Shown here: positions 33,125 to 44,000 of the stretch, one piece after another
Layout of the letters: each line of letters begins with the position of its first letter
Position numbering within the stretch: position 1 is the stretch's first letter
Source: Candidatus Falkowbacteria bacterium
GTDB taxonomy: Bacteria; Patescibacteriota; Patescibacteriia; Patescibacteriales; UBA12075
Length of the DNA: 64,000 nucleotides
Assembly: GCA_043801965.1 (NCBI GenBank)
Contig: JAZDLN010000032.1
Span: forward strand, 1,638 to 65,637
Direction of reading: 5' to 3'
Made by a program: the position numbers and the translations under genes
The notes under the pieces: generated by a model
Seen by the model: the letters and a program-made list of their open reading frames with translations, nothing else
Databases searched by the model: none
Told to the model about the DNA's origin: nothing

Positions 33125-34042
33125 TTATTTAGTAAGTAAATCTCTGTACCCATTAATAAATTCCTCTCCGCTCATGATTTTTTTTCCTTCCGGCTGGATT
33201 TTGTTTATTATCAAAGCATCGGTTCCGCATTGCACGGCTAATTTATTTTCAAAAACAAAAAACTTTCCCGGCTTATGTTTATTTATTTTAATCGTTTTAC
33301 GCTCTGTTTCTATGATTTTTATTGTCTTATTCGTAATTAAAAAAGCTCCCGGCCACGGCGACATCGCCCGGACAAATCTTTCAATTTCTTCCGCGGATTT
33401 TTTAAAGTCTATTCTTCCATCTTCTTTTTTTAGCTGTCTGGCGTATGAAGCCCTCGAATCATCCTGCGGCTCAGGTTCGATTTTGCCGGCAATATAATTT
33501 TTAATAGTCGGCAGTAAAAGCTCGGCGCCCAGAAGCGAAAGCTTGTCAAAAATCGTTCCGGCGGTGTCGGTAATTTCTATGGGGACGGATTTTTGCGCCA
33601 GGATCGGACCGGTATCAAGACCCTTGTCCATTTTCATGATCGTTATTCCGGTTTCTTTATCACCATTCATGATCGCGTGCTGTATGCAGGCCGCGCCGCG
33701 ATATTTAGGGAGCAGAGAGCCGTGGATATTTATACAACCGTATTTGGGCGCGCTCAATATGCTTTCGGGTAATATCTGGGCATAGGCCGCTACCACAATC
33801 AGATCTATATTAGCAATCGGGTGTCGGGATATTTTTTCCGGCTGATAAACCGGTATTTTATATTTTTGAGCTTCAAGTTTGATCGGCGGGGGAGTCAATA
33901 CCTGCTTCCGGCCGGTTTTTTTATCCGGCTGGGTTATAACCGCGACCACGTCAAATATATCGTCTTTAATTAAGGCGCATAGAGCCGGAACCCCGAAATC
34001 CGGCGTGCCGATAAAAATAGTTGTTATTTTTTTCACGGGCAT
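33125..34042 (-). CDS. fmt: Methionyl-tRNA formyltransferase
   Basis: 305 aa. FIGTPDFGVP and HGSLLPKYRGAA. Confidence 0.9.
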   Translation of the reverse strand: MPVKKITTIFIGTPDFGVPALCALIKDDIFDVVAVITQPDKKTGRKQVLTPPPIKLEAQKYKIPVYQPEKISRHPIANIDLIVVAAYAQILPESILSAPKYGCINIHGSLLPKYRGAACIQHAIMNGDKETGITIMKMDKGLDTGPILAQKSVPIEITDTAGTIFDKLSLLGAELLLPTIKNYIAGKIEPEPQDDSRASYARQLKKEDGRIDFKKSAEEIERFVRAMSPWPGAFLITNKTIKIIETERKTIKINKHKPGKFFVFENKLAVQCGTDALIINKIQPEGKKIMSGEEFINGYRDLLTK

Positions 34043-34044
34043 GC

Positions 34045-34098
34045 TATATTAGTATTAAGCCGAGTGGCTTAATACTTAATACTAAATACTATATACTG
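34045..34098. repeat. TATTAAGTATTTAGTA-family element with a perfect 11-bp hairpin
   Basis: agtattaagcc-gagt-ggcttaatact, then taatactaaatactatatact. It lies between divergent fmt and dedA and shares a 23-nt identity with 9905-9927. Confidence 0.75.
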
Positions 34099-34103
34099 AA
34101 AAA

Positions 34104-34733
34104 ATGCACGAATTAATAGCCTTACTTTTAGCCTTGAGCGCCAAAATGGGATACGGTGGAATAGTATTATTAATGGCGGTCGAAAGTTCGTTCATTCCTT
34201 TTCCGTCTGAGATCGTGGTGCCGCCAGCCGCCTATCTTGCGTCCCAGGGAGAGATGAATATTTTCCTGGTCATTATCTCCGGCATCGCCGGCAGTCTCAT
34301 CGGCGCTACTTTCAATTATTTCCTCTCCATGTGGCTGGGGCGCAGGGTGGTTTATTCCCTGTCTAACACCAGGATTGCCAAAGTGCTTTTAATCAGCGAA
34401 TCGCAAATAATAAAATCCGAGGACCTGTTTTTAAGATTCGGCAATCTTTCCACGTTCTGGGGCCGGCTCATACCGGCCGTTCGGCAACTTATTTCCTTGC
34501 CGGCCGGATTTTCCAGAATGCCTTATAAAAACTTTATTTTTTTCACGTTTCTCGGTTCCGGCCTCTGGACGGTTATCTTGGCCGTTCTCGGTTATGCTTT
34601 CGGCGCTAACCAGGAAGAATTACGACAATACTACAAAGAAATCAGCGTTATTTTCGGAGCGATAGCGATAGGGGTAATTATTTTCATGGTCATTAAGAAA
34701 AAAAGAAGCAAGGCGCAAACCCGAACTAGTTAG
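34104..34733 (+). CDS. DedA family membrane protein
   Basis: 209 aa. VESSFIPFPSEIVVPPAAY and GRLIPAVRQLISLPAG. Confidence 0.8.
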   Translation: MHELIALLLALSAKMGYGGIVLLMAVESSFIPFPSEIVVPPAAYLASQGEMNIFLVIISGIAGSLIGATFNYFLSMWLGRRVVYSLSNTRIAKVLLISESQIIKSEDLFLRFGNLSTFWGRLIPAVRQLISLPAGFSRMPYKNFIFFTFLGSGLWTVILAVLGYAFGANQEELRQYYKEISVIFGAIAIGVIIFMVIKKKRSKAQTRTS

Positions 34734-35193
34734 GCGTAATGTCGCGCGCTTTGTCCGTGAACAAAATCCCGTCCAGGTGATCGATTTCGTGTTGCAATAC
34801 CCGGGCCAATAAACCCGAGGCCGAAGTTTTTATAACTTTGCCGTTCCCGTCGATATAAGAATAATCCACTTTTTTGTGCCTTCTTACCTGTCCGAAAACG
34901 CCGGGAATCGACAAACAGCCTTCCGCGCCCCACTCTTTAAGCCAGGACCGTTTGGTTATTTCCGGGTTTATCATGCAGATGGCGCCATCCTTCATATTGA
35001 CCGTTATTATCCGGATGTTTTTACCGATCTGCGGAGCCGCCAGGCCTACGCCGTCCTTTTCGAGCATTGTTAAAACCATGTCTTCGCAAAGTTCCTGGAT
35101 CTGCCGGGTTTTAAGTTTTTTTGGATCCAGTTTCCGGGACTTTTTTCGTAAGATCGGATTCGGGTCCGTAATTATGTTTAATAATTGAGGCAT
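34726..35193 (-). CDS. def: Peptide deformylase
   Basis: 155 aa. GLAAPQIG, EGCLSIPG and QHEIDHLDG. Confidence 0.95.
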   Translation of the reverse strand: MPQLLNIITDPNPILRKKSRKLDPKKLKTRQIQELCEDMVLTMLEKDGVGLAAPQIGKNIRIITVNMKDGAICMINPEITKRSWLKEWGAEGCLSIPGVFGQVRRHKKVDYSYIDGNGKVIKTSASGLLARVLQHEIDHLDGILFTDKARDITPN

Positions 35194-35333
35194 ATTGACA
35201 TTATTTATTATTCATGTTCTTTCTCGTATAATAACTTATTTTTATAAAAATGGCAAGATTTTAGCGTGATTTAAAGCCAGTTCGTATTATTTTCACTAAA
35301 GCCGTTCATTAAAAATTAAAGGGGAATGTGGCC

Positions 35334-36440
35334 ATGCGCGGAATAAAAATATCCTGGTTTGTTATCTTTCTTTTTTTACTTTTAAGCGGTTGCGGCACCT
35401 TTGTTAAACCGGCCGACACGATCAAAAAAACGAAAGAACTCTTTTTCGGTCAGGCACGGCATAATTTTAAAGTACTGGAAGCTTCCCTGAAAGAAAAAGT
35501 TCAGCACCAGCCGGAAATCGTGTTATGGGATTATCGCGTTGACAATGATCCGGAAGTTAAAGCTATGGTCTCTCATTACGTGGCCGGGAAACAAGAGTTA
35601 ATGGATAATCTCAGGACGCGGCTTAACTCTAATATCATCCGGGTATTTTTCGAAAATAGAGAATTGCTGGTGGCATATACTTTTCAGCCGGAAGAAAGAC
35701 CGGAATTCATCGCCGCTTACAGCGCCTATTTTAAAGATATCGCCCGGTTTTCCGCCGACCTTGATATAGATCTGCCCGAGATCAAGCCCGTGTTCATTAA
35801 CGCGCCCTTTCCGGAGGCGCCAACGACGGAACGCACCGCCTACGTCGTTTATGAGATTTTCAAGCAATTCCGTCTGAAATGCTATTTCGAGGGCGAAAAC
35901 GGCGAACAAACCAATCGCTTCTGGTTCGCCGGGTCGTTTTGTTCCAACCAGCAGGGCGGAGTCGAAATTATCCTGTCTAATCCGGCAAACGGCGTCTTTG
36001 AGGTCAGAAGGAATCCGCTGACAATCTGGAAAACCGACACGACCAACATTTTCACGCTTCTGGCCACCCCATTGGAAGAGCGTCTGCATTTTCTGGTCGG
36101 AGAATATACCGACAAAAAAATTCTTGAGGAGATCGGACTCGTTAATGATCCGACAAGCGATGATATGCAGGTAATTCTTGACAAATGGACGACCGTGGAA
36201 GAATTTATCGTCGGCGGCCTCGTGCACAACATCCTGGACGCGTACCTGGAGGCGAACGGCCTAAAGATCGATCCCGCGGTCCGCGGGGAGGTTGCGGCTA
36301 ATTTTAAAAACGCGCCCCAATACAAATACCGGGCGGCCGGTATCGAATTCGTCCGTATCATCGGAATTAAAAAGGCGCTGGAAACGTATAAGCGCGATCC
36401 GGGTGCTCTGGCCGATCTTCTGAAAAGATTTAGTAAATAA
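35334..36440 (+). CDS. Hypothetical lipoprotein
   Basis: The ORF track starts at GTG 35328. The ATG at 35334 has better spacing to the AAAGGGGA SD. Lipobox LLSGC. No family recognised. Confidence 0.55.
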   Translation: MRGIKISWFVIFLFLLLSGCGTFVKPADTIKKTKELFFGQARHNFKVLEASLKEKVQHQPEIVLWDYRVDNDPEVKAMVSHYVAGKQELMDNLRTRLNSNIIRVFFENRELLVAYTFQPEERPEFIAAYSAYFKDIARFSADLDIDLPEIKPVFINAPFPEAPTTERTAYVVYEIFKQFRLKCYFEGENGEQTNRFWFAGSFCSNQQGGVEIILSNPANGVFEVRRNPLTIWKTDTTNIFTLLATPLEERLHFLVGEYTDKKILEEIGLVNDPTSDDMQVILDKWTTVEEFIVGGLVHNILDAYLEANGLKIDPAVRGEVAANFKNAPQYKYRAAGIEFVRIIGIKKALETYKRDPGALADLLKRFSK

Positions 36441-36442
36441 GC

Positions 36443-36469
36443 AACGGGAATTTAAAAAATTCCCGTTTT
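36443..36469 (+). terminator. Intrinsic terminator
   Basis: aacgggaattt-aaa-aaattcccgtt followed by a T-run. Confidence 0.8.
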
Positions 36470-36527
36470 ATTGTAAGTATTAACATTTCGCGAGCGGGGT
36501 GTTATAATAAAAACAACTGTTAAAGTT

Positions 36528-36824
36528 ATGGACAAGAAAAATAGCGATATAACCGGGATTGGAGATATCCTGAAATCAAGGCAGATAAAAAAACCGCCCG
36601 CTTACGCCTGGCAGGATCTGGCTTTGCGCGTGGTAAAAGAGCTTAAAATACCGCCATTTAAAAAAGGCGCGGTTTTTAAGGTTTGCAAAGAGTATCCGAA
36701 TCAATTAGTGCTAAACGCCATGAATGATACCAAGGAATTGTGCAAGACCAAGGGCGGGGGCTGGAAATATTTTTTTAAGATAATCGGAAATCCCAAAGAG
36801 GAGGAAACCGACGCGCGCGAGTAA
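36528..36824 (+). CDS. Hypothetical small basic protein
   Basis: 98-aa ORF followed by a terminator. No motif recognised. Confidence 0.4.
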   Translation: MDKKNSDITGIGDILKSRQIKKPPAYAWQDLALRVVKELKIPPFKKGAVFKVCKEYPNQLVLNAMNDTKELCKTKGGGWKYFFKIIGNPKEEETDARE

Positions 36825-36869
36825 TTTGAGTCTTCATGAATATTATATAAAAACCCTGAAAAACAACAA

Positions 36870-36892
36870 AAGAGGCTCAAAAAGCCTCTTTT
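36870..36892. terminator. Bidirectional terminator between convergent genes
   Basis: aagaggct-caaaa-agcctctt with flanking A and T runs. Confidence 0.75.
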
Positions 36893-36907
36893 GCGATATT
36901 CGCTAAA

Positions 36908-37696
36908 TTATAATTCAAAGTCTATCGCCAGGTAACCCACCCCGAAAGGATATTCGTAAGATAACAATTTCGGCTCATGCTTGATCCCGTCTAGGATCCC
37001 TAAAAGTATCAGGATCGATTTCAGCCCGCATTCGCCCGCGTCCATGGTCAGATGCCGATCGATCTCGACTATATCGCGGAACCTGTTCTTTAAAAGGCAC
37101 TCCTGGATCTTTTGGTCGAATTTTTTGCCCTTGGGCGAGTAACCGGCCGGCGCATCCTTGGTCAGGCGGTGCGAAAGATCGCCGGAAGCGATAACCGCCA
37201 CCCGGTCCCGATTGACCAGGAATTCGCGTTTCAGAAGCTCTCCGAACTGGAAATGAGCTTCGTTGCTGAGACCGGAATAATAGATGGGAATTATTTTTAC
37301 AGCCGGTAATTTTTCGGTCAGGAGATAGAGCGGCACGGACGCGCCGTGGTCAAGCTCTTCGGCGGATATGAGCTGCAGAGGCGCTTTGGTCTCAAGGCTT
37401 TCCCTTATCCGGTGGGTTAAGGCGATATTGCCGTTCCAGGTTTTTTTCGTGGCAAAATCCCCGAAATCCTTGAAATTGCAGGAGAATTGGGGATTAAGAT
37501 TCATCGTAAATACGTTAGACTGGATTATGCCGTGCGGAGAAATAATGACGATGGTGTCGATATTGTCGTCCGCGAGTTTTTTTGACAGCAAACGGTAAGA
37601 TTCGGCCGTAGCTGCCAGCCGGGATAGGTTTTCTTTCCCGATCGCGGGAATAAGGAGAGGCGGGTGGGGGACAACGGAAGCGTGAACGAGAGACAT
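36908..37696 (-). CDS. Class III extradiol dioxygenase-like (LigB/Memo superfamily) protein
   Basis: 262 aa. N-terminal VVPHPPLLIP, ISPHG and a GDLSHRL His motif. Confidence 0.6.
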   Translation of the reverse strand: MSLVHASVVPHPPLLIPAIGKENLSRLAATAESYRLLSKKLADDNIDTIVIISPHGIIQSNVFTMNLNPQFSCNFKDFGDFATKKTWNGNIALTHRIRESLETKAPLQLISAEELDHGASVPLYLLTEKLPAVKIIPIYYSGLSNEAHFQFGELLKREFLVNRDRVAVIASGDLSHRLTKDAPAGYSPKGKKFDQKIQECLLKNRFRDIVEIDRHLTMDAGECGLKSILILLGILDGIKHEPKLLSYEYPFGVGYLAIDFEL

Positions 37697-37707
37697 AAGC
37701 TTTAAAA

Positions 37708-37731
37708 AAGACGCAAGGATATTTGCGTCTT
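37708..37731 (-). terminator. Intrinsic terminator after the 515-aa secreted-protein gene
   Basis: aagacgcaa-ggatat-ttgcgtctt, with T6 on the minus strand. Confidence 0.75.
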
Positions 37732-37744
37732 GTTTCTTATATTT

Positions 37745-39292
37745 TTATGGGTTTAAAATATTATTTATAGTTTCATTTAACTCATCGTCAGCGGTTGAGG
37801 TCGCGGTTGTTTCCGGGGCGTCGGCTGCGTTATCGTCAGTTTCCGTTTCCGCCGCGTAGATCTCGCTTAGAGGTTCGCCGACTTCGTAGAGAGCCATTAT
37901 TTTTGGGGTGATCGTAATAACGTTTTCCCAGCGGTAGCCCATGTCTTCGAAAATTTGGCCGGAAGCGATCGCCCTTCTTTTGCCGTTGTCTATGACATAA
38001 ACGGCCGGCGAAGCGCTTGATTTTATGAGTTCGCCATCGCCGAAGATAGCCGGTTCCACGGTTTTATACCCGGCCAGTTTTTCCGGAGTTTCCGGAGTGA
38101 TCGCCTTGCCCTTGAATTTAGTTTTTAAAAGCACGGCATCCCAAAGCGGCGCCTTAGTCCCGTCGCTTACCCAGTAAATTCCGCCGGTGGTTTTATCCTG
38201 GAGCAAGGCGCCGGTCGGATAAGATGTCGTAGCGGTCAGGGGAATACCCTCGCGGTAAGCGTTAATATCTTCCCAGCTCGCGTTCATAACCTCTTCCGGG
38301 TTATAGCCGATCTTCCGGAAAGCTTCGGTGCTGTCGAATCCGCGTCTGGTATCATCAACTAAAAGAAAGATCGTGCCCCGGGGGGAGCGAACCAGCGAGT
38401 ATTGCGGGAATTTTATGGGCGCGCCCTTGGGATAACGGTCTAATTCGCTTTTTCCCACCTGGAGGACTTTTTTAATATCAAAGCGGCTGGTTAAAGCGCC
38501 TTTGCTTAAAAACGGACGTTTTTGGCCTTTTTGTATCAGCCAGACACCGGCTTCGCCTTTAACCTGGAGCAAACTGCCGTTCGGGTAAGTGAACGTAAAA
38601 TAACGCATCCAAAGCTTGTGGAAATTAAAGTTGCCGTTATAAACGTGCGGAGTGTAATTATAAAGGGCCGCGGTGGCGTTATTGGCCGGGGTAACGGACT
38701 GGGACGGCCGCCCGGTATTCGTGATCGTATAAGTATTGCCGGCTTTATAGGAGTAGAGATGCGGGTTGGTGACGTAATCAAAAAACTGCAAAGCCGCGGA
38801 ATTTACCTGTTTCCCGAAGCCCTGCCAGCGGGAATTGCAGCCGCCGCCGTCCGGACAGCCGTAGCCTGTCGCCCAGTCAAGCTGCCTCGGGGTAGGGGAG
38901 GTATCATCAATAAGGCTCTGCTCTTTTTGCAATAAAACGAGAAGCAGGCGGGGGTTTATCCGGGCCGGTTTGCATTTTATCTTTCTTTCGGCTTCGGTCG
39001 GGTTGGAGCTCATCTCAGCGTCGCCGCAATCGTAGTTATTAACGGCGGCATCATAGATTATCTCCGCGGCGGTTTTGATCTTGCCCTCGAAATTAGCGGT
39101 TTTATAGCGGGCTAGATAGCCGCCCTGGTTATCGAGAAACGCCTGGATTTCAGAGAGGGTCATGGTGCCCGAGTCGAGCATTTCCGCGTCGCTTATTATG
39201 TTATTGGGATTGAATTCGGCGGCTCCCGCTCCATTAAAAGCGAGACCTAAACCAATCGCAATAATACTCAATAAAAAATACTTTTTAGTCAT
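37745..39292 (-). CDS. Secreted hypothetical protein
   Basis: 515 aa with signal peptide. The mature N-terminus FNPNNIISDAEMLD... is followed by Cys pairs, and the C-terminus is an acidic tail. Confidence 0.55.
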   Translation of the reverse strand: MTKKYFLLSIIAIGLGLAFNGAGAAEFNPNNIISDAEMLDSGTMTLSEIQAFLDNQGGYLARYKTANFEGKIKTAAEIIYDAAVNNYDCGDAEMSSNPTEAERKIKCKPARINPRLLLVLLQKEQSLIDDTSPTPRQLDWATGYGCPDGGGCNSRWQGFGKQVNSAALQFFDYVTNPHLYSYKAGNTYTITNTGRPSQSVTPANNATAALYNYTPHVYNGNFNFHKLWMRYFTFTYPNGSLLQVKGEAGVWLIQKGQKRPFLSKGALTSRFDIKKVLQVGKSELDRYPKGAPIKFPQYSLVRSPRGTIFLLVDDTRRGFDSTEAFRKIGYNPEEVMNASWEDINAYREGIPLTATTSYPTGALLQDKTTGGIYWVSDGTKAPLWDAVLLKTKFKGKAITPETPEKLAGYKTVEPAIFGDGELIKSSASPAVYVIDNGKRRAIASGQIFEDMGYRWENVITITPKIMALYEVGEPLSEIYAAETETDDNAADAPETTATSTADDELNETINNILNP

Positions 39293-39350
39293 ATAAAAGC
39301 AAAAAAAGACACGATTTATAATGTCCGTAAATTAATTTTTTATTATTTTT

Positions 39351-39379
39351 ATTATACTATAGATCGCTTTTTTGTACAA
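39351..39379 (-). promoter_or_regulatory. Promoter TTGTAC-17-TATAAT (minus strand)
   Basis: Reverse complement of 39374-39379 and 39351-39356. Confidence 0.5.
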
Positions 39380-39385
39380 ATAAAA

Positions 39386-39408
39386 AACCCTCAGTATCAC
39401 TGAGGGTT
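39386..39408. terminator. Terminator hairpin after the Fn3 protein gene
   Basis: aaccctcagt-atc-actgagggtt flanked by A6 and T5. Confidence 0.8.
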
Positions 39409-39436
39409 CGTTTTTAAAAAGAACAATTTATTTCGT

Positions 39437-40765
39437 TTAGGGCATGGATAAGATGAACATTTTGTTATTCTGCGAACGGGCAAAACTCCAATCTAATACT
39501 TTCCCTGCACCTAGACGATTATCAATGTCGCCACGCTCTTCCGGTCCGGCCGGGGAGTCTCCTGGTGTTGGCACCGGGTGCGTATTGTAGTAATAGCCGT
39601 CTTGAACATAGGTGATGTCCAATGCGTCCACTTTTATTTCCGAGAATAATGGTGGTATGGGATCATCCACCGTACCTTGCGTATTCCCGGGCAAGTGGCA
39701 AGTAATATACGGTGCGCTTTCCAGCCCGTCAACCATATTAGAGACGGAAATGAAAACACCCGTAAAAAGATTAATACCGCCGTACATCGCCACTGCGGCA
39801 TTTATTTCCACGGCATATTCTGTGGTTCCCGCCGGGAGGAGGGTATCAATAAAAGCCGCTCCGTCCGGACTTTCCAGATCTTCCAGGGTCCGGGCAACGC
39901 GGAAAATAACGCCGTCGCTTTCAGCCGGCGGTATCCATCCGAAAATAGCCTTATAACGGTTGCCCACTGTACTTGCTTCCAGTCTCTGGAGATAAGCGTG
40001 CATTATGGGTTCAACAATGGGGCTCTGGGCCGCTATGGCTATGTTCGTAAATTCGTAGCTGCCCGCAGCTTGGCCACAGTAAACCTTGAGTTCGGCGGCC
40101 ATAACCGGATCCCGGAGGACGATTTCGATAGAATGTCGTTTCCATTCAGAATTAACAAATACAGTCCTTTCGGTGGAGTGGGAAACGCCGTCTTCGTCTT
40201 CTATTCTCAGCGAAATCAAACTGTCGGCACCGGCCAGATCGGTGAATTTAACATCAAATTCAACCAACAGTACCTGTCCGACATTGGCGTTTATTCCGGT
40301 TTTCTTCCAATACACCTCTTTCGGATCAATCGGTTCCGTTTCGACGTTGATATTAATAACCCTTAACGAGTGGTTAATCCCGTCATTGTCCGGATCTGTT
40401 CCGGTTAAATAGGATTCATAGGAATCATTCAAGGTGTTTACGGGCGCTGTACCGAGCATTACTTCGTTAGAATCTCCGCTTTGTTCGCTGGTGCCTACAA
40501 CGTAGGCTCGACAAACGAAAAAGTAGGTATTATTCTCATCTAAATTGGGAATGGTACAGGTAGTGGGCGTGCCTTCCCATCTTGGGTCGGAATAATTGTA
40601 GTTTGCTCCAGCCGATCTTATAAATATCCTATAACCGATTTCTCTGCCCTGCGGATCGGGAGAATTTGCGTCCCAGGCGAGGGTTACATCGGCGGCGTTT
40701 GCGCCCATTGCGAAGAAACTGCCGAGCGCCAGAAAAAAGATCAGAATTACGGAAATTTTTTTCAT
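39437..40765 (-). CDS. Secreted protein with N-terminal fibronectin type III-like domain
   Basis: 442 aa with signal peptide. VTLAWDANS...YRIFIRS...NNTYFFVCRAY matches the Fn3 pattern. Confidence 0.6.
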   Translation of the reverse strand: MKKISVILIFFLALGSFFAMGANAADVTLAWDANSPDPQGREIGYRIFIRSAGANYNYSDPRWEGTPTTCTIPNLDENNTYFFVCRAYVVGTSEQSGDSNEVMLGTAPVNTLNDSYESYLTGTDPDNDGINHSLRVININVETEPIDPKEVYWKKTGINANVGQVLLVEFDVKFTDLAGADSLISLRIEDEDGVSHSTERTVFVNSEWKRHSIEIVLRDPVMAAELKVYCGQAAGSYEFTNIAIAAQSPIVEPIMHAYLQRLEASTVGNRYKAIFGWIPPAESDGVIFRVARTLEDLESPDGAAFIDTLLPAGTTEYAVEINAAVAMYGGINLFTGVFISVSNMVDGLESAPYITCHLPGNTQGTVDDPIPPLFSEIKVDALDITYVQDGYYYNTHPVPTPGDSPAGPEERGDIDNRLGAGKVLDWSFARSQNNKMFILSMP

Positions 40766-40872
40766 GCTTTCCTCCTAAGTTTAGGTTGTAATGAGCCTCT
40801 TTATCACTTGACGTTTTTATATTTTTGTTTTTTAATATATTACCTAATATTAGATTTATTTAGCTAAATTAC

Positions 40873-40901
40873 TTGACAGTTATTAAAATATATGCTACAA
40901 T
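40873..40901 (+). promoter_or_regulatory. Promoter TTGACA-17-TACAAT
   Basis: Hexamers at 40873-40878 and 40896-40901, upstream of the 1018-aa gene. Confidence 0.55.
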
Positions 40902-41008
40902 AAAAAGTTAAATAAAACTACGTTAGAACTAATTACTATATACTAAAAATTAAATTTTGTCAAGTCCTATTTTAATAAATAAAAAAAGCTTGACAAAAAC
41001 AATAATTT

Positions 41009-44000
41009 ATGAAAAAACTATTCGCAATCATCGCTTTAAGCGCTCTCTTGCCGCTTAACCCGGTCTTAGCCGCTACCGCCAGAATTGTGGTGCCGGACAA
41101 CGTAGGACTAAACGAAAGTTTTAGTGCTCAGGTCAATATTGAAGATGCTGAGGATTTGCATGCGTCACGGTTCCTTATAGATTTCGACAAAGATCTTCTG
41201 GAATTCAATGACGCGACCATAGGTGATCTCATGGATCTCGGTTGCGATAATTTAACTCCCGGGTTTCAAACAACTGACACTGGTTTACATTTTTACGTGG
41301 ACAGGGGTAGTTGTGAGGGGGCTTATGGTAACGGTACGGCCGTGAACTTAAATTTTACAGCTAAGGGAGAATCGGGGACCTCTGGATTCAATTTTATAAC
41401 TGAAGGAGAAGAAAAAAGTTACCTTAATGATTCAGAGGGAATGCCCATTTCTACTATTTGGGAAAACAGCCAAACTTTAATCGATGAACAGGTTATTCCG
41501 GAAGAACCGGTGGTTGATGTTATGATTACGCCGGCCGATCAAACCGTAAGCGTAGGGGACAACGTTGCTGTAGCCGTAACCGTCGAAGACGCAATCGATC
41601 TTAATACAGTCGATTTAGCCTTAACTTTTGACAATACGATTTTGACCTTTGTGGGCGTAACTCCGTCAGAAACTTTAAATGATAATGGCTGGACTCTGTA
41701 TGATCCATTCGAGTATGAATCCGGATTAATCATGGTTTCAATGGACGGTCTTGAAGGTACCCCGATAAATAACAATCAAACTCTCGTTATATTCAATTTT
41801 ACTGCCATCAATTCGGGAACATCTTATCTTAATTTCGAACCTGATTTTAATTTTTTAAACTTTGGCGATTTAGCAGCTTTATGGAATAATGGAAACGTCA
41901 CGGTTAACCAAGTAGTTGCGCCGCCAGTTGAGGATACAATGGAGGTGCGTTTCTCGGAACTTTACGAACTTGATTACGGCTCCAGCTCCCCCTATTGGAT
42001 AAAATTGTACAGACCGGTAGACGTATCTTACTTTTTTGCAGAATTTACTTATAACACAGATGTACTAAGCTATAAAAATTTTGAATCAGGTATTACAATG
42101 GCTCCTGAATATGAAGATTGGATGCTCGACGTATTCGAATCCACACCCGGAACCGTAACAGTAATGATGGACGGAACAGGTGCGCTGCCGTTATCCAATC
42201 CTACCGAGGATATACTTATGGTGGCGTTGGATTTTGAAGCAGTCGGATACGGCATGAGTACCTTCGACTTTACCGAAAATCCCGACACCTGCCTAGTGAC
42301 TAACGAAGCGTTTGAACCTTACGTTGTCGAATGGGAAAACAGAGAAGTGACAGTTACTGATAACCAGGCACCGATCATCAATATAATTTTACCGACAAAC
42401 GAAGACGTGTATTATTACGAAAACGCTGATCCGACCATCACCGTATCCGGAACAGCCACTGATAACGTCGGTTTCGTGAGTTTCGGCAGTACTATAAGCA
42501 ATGACGCACCAGGCGGCGTTGGCGGAGGTGGGCACGGATTGCCGACACCCGACCCAGAGATTAACTTCATCTACGATTTCACGCTATACGAAGGCGAAAA
42601 CATCATAACAATAAGCGGCACTGACGAAGCTGGTAATTCCGCGAACGATATTATCACTATCTATTATTCTTTACCCGATACGACCGCTCCGGTCATAACC
42701 TTAGTCGGCGAAAACCCTGTTAATATCTATGTCGGCGATACTTATAACGATGCCGGCGCGACCGCCACGGACGATACAGACGGTAATATCACCGCTAATA
42801 TCATTGCCGTTAATCCGGTAGATACAGATACTGTCGGGACTTATACGATAACCTATAACGTCAGCGATGCGGCCGGGAACCATGCTACCGAGGCGAGTAG
42901 AACCATTAATGTCCAGGATCCCCCCCCGCCTCCGCCTCCATTACCCGAGGACACAACCGCTCCGGTTCGAACCAACGGAGCGCCTACGGGTACTTTAAGC
43001 GCTGGTACGGCGAACGCTAACCTGACCTTGACTACCGATGAACCGGCTACTTGCCGATATTCGACAACTGTTAGCACTCCTTATGAAGATATGACCGGTA
43101 CCATATCAGCGGCTATGACCACCGCGCATACGCTCGCGCTTAGCGGATTAGCCAATGATACCAATTATAAATATTACGTCCGTTGCGCCGACGAAAGCGG
43201 CAACTTCAATACCGATGATTATGAGATTTCTTTCTACGTCGATAAACCGGCCGCGCCCGCAGGTAGCGGCGGAGGCTCTTCCTCCGGAGGCGGCGGCGGA
43301 GGAGGGGGTGGAGGCGGCAGTAGCGCTTCATCCGTAAGTAACCCTGACTCCGGCAACGGAGTGGGAGGCGGCTCCATTGATCAGACGGACGAAGAGCTTC
43401 TCGCAACTCCCGAAAATACTTCGATTCAAGCCGATAACGAAGAAAGAGCGGAGAATAACGTCGATGAACATCAAGGCAACACCAGTTTAATCGGTGCTGA
43501 TGGTCCGACGGTGGAAAAGGTTACGGCACATGAAGCCGGGCAAATTCACGCCAATGCGGATTTTGTTGAATTAAACGACACCACCAGGAAAATTTACGAA
43601 AAAATTATCACGGGAGCGCCCGAACTTTCTGACAATACAAAATACGCGATCGCTTATTTTATCCATCAGGGCACGGCCACTACTCAAAGATTGGGAGCGG
43701 GGGAGAGGGCGGGAGCTCTCAACTCATATATAGCCGCTTTCGGCAAATATCCGGTATTCGCGAATGAATGGCAGGATGTTGTGAAGATCGCGAACGGCCG
43801 CTGGCCCACCGAACGCAGTGAAAGCGCCGAAAAAAGAGCCAAGACCTCCTTTGAATTGATATATAAAAGACCGGCTGATATGAACCAGCAAAATGATAAC
43901 GCCGCGGTCACGGTCATGGCCTACGGTCTCCGTCCCGCTCAGAGGAATACGGAAAGCGAAAAAGCGGCCATAAAAACCTTTGAACATATCTTTAACGGGT

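Noticed and set aside
32938-33132. 64-aa plus-strand ORF
   Set aside because: It is fully explained by tRNA-Glu (32994-33065) and its promoter and terminator, so it is not coding.
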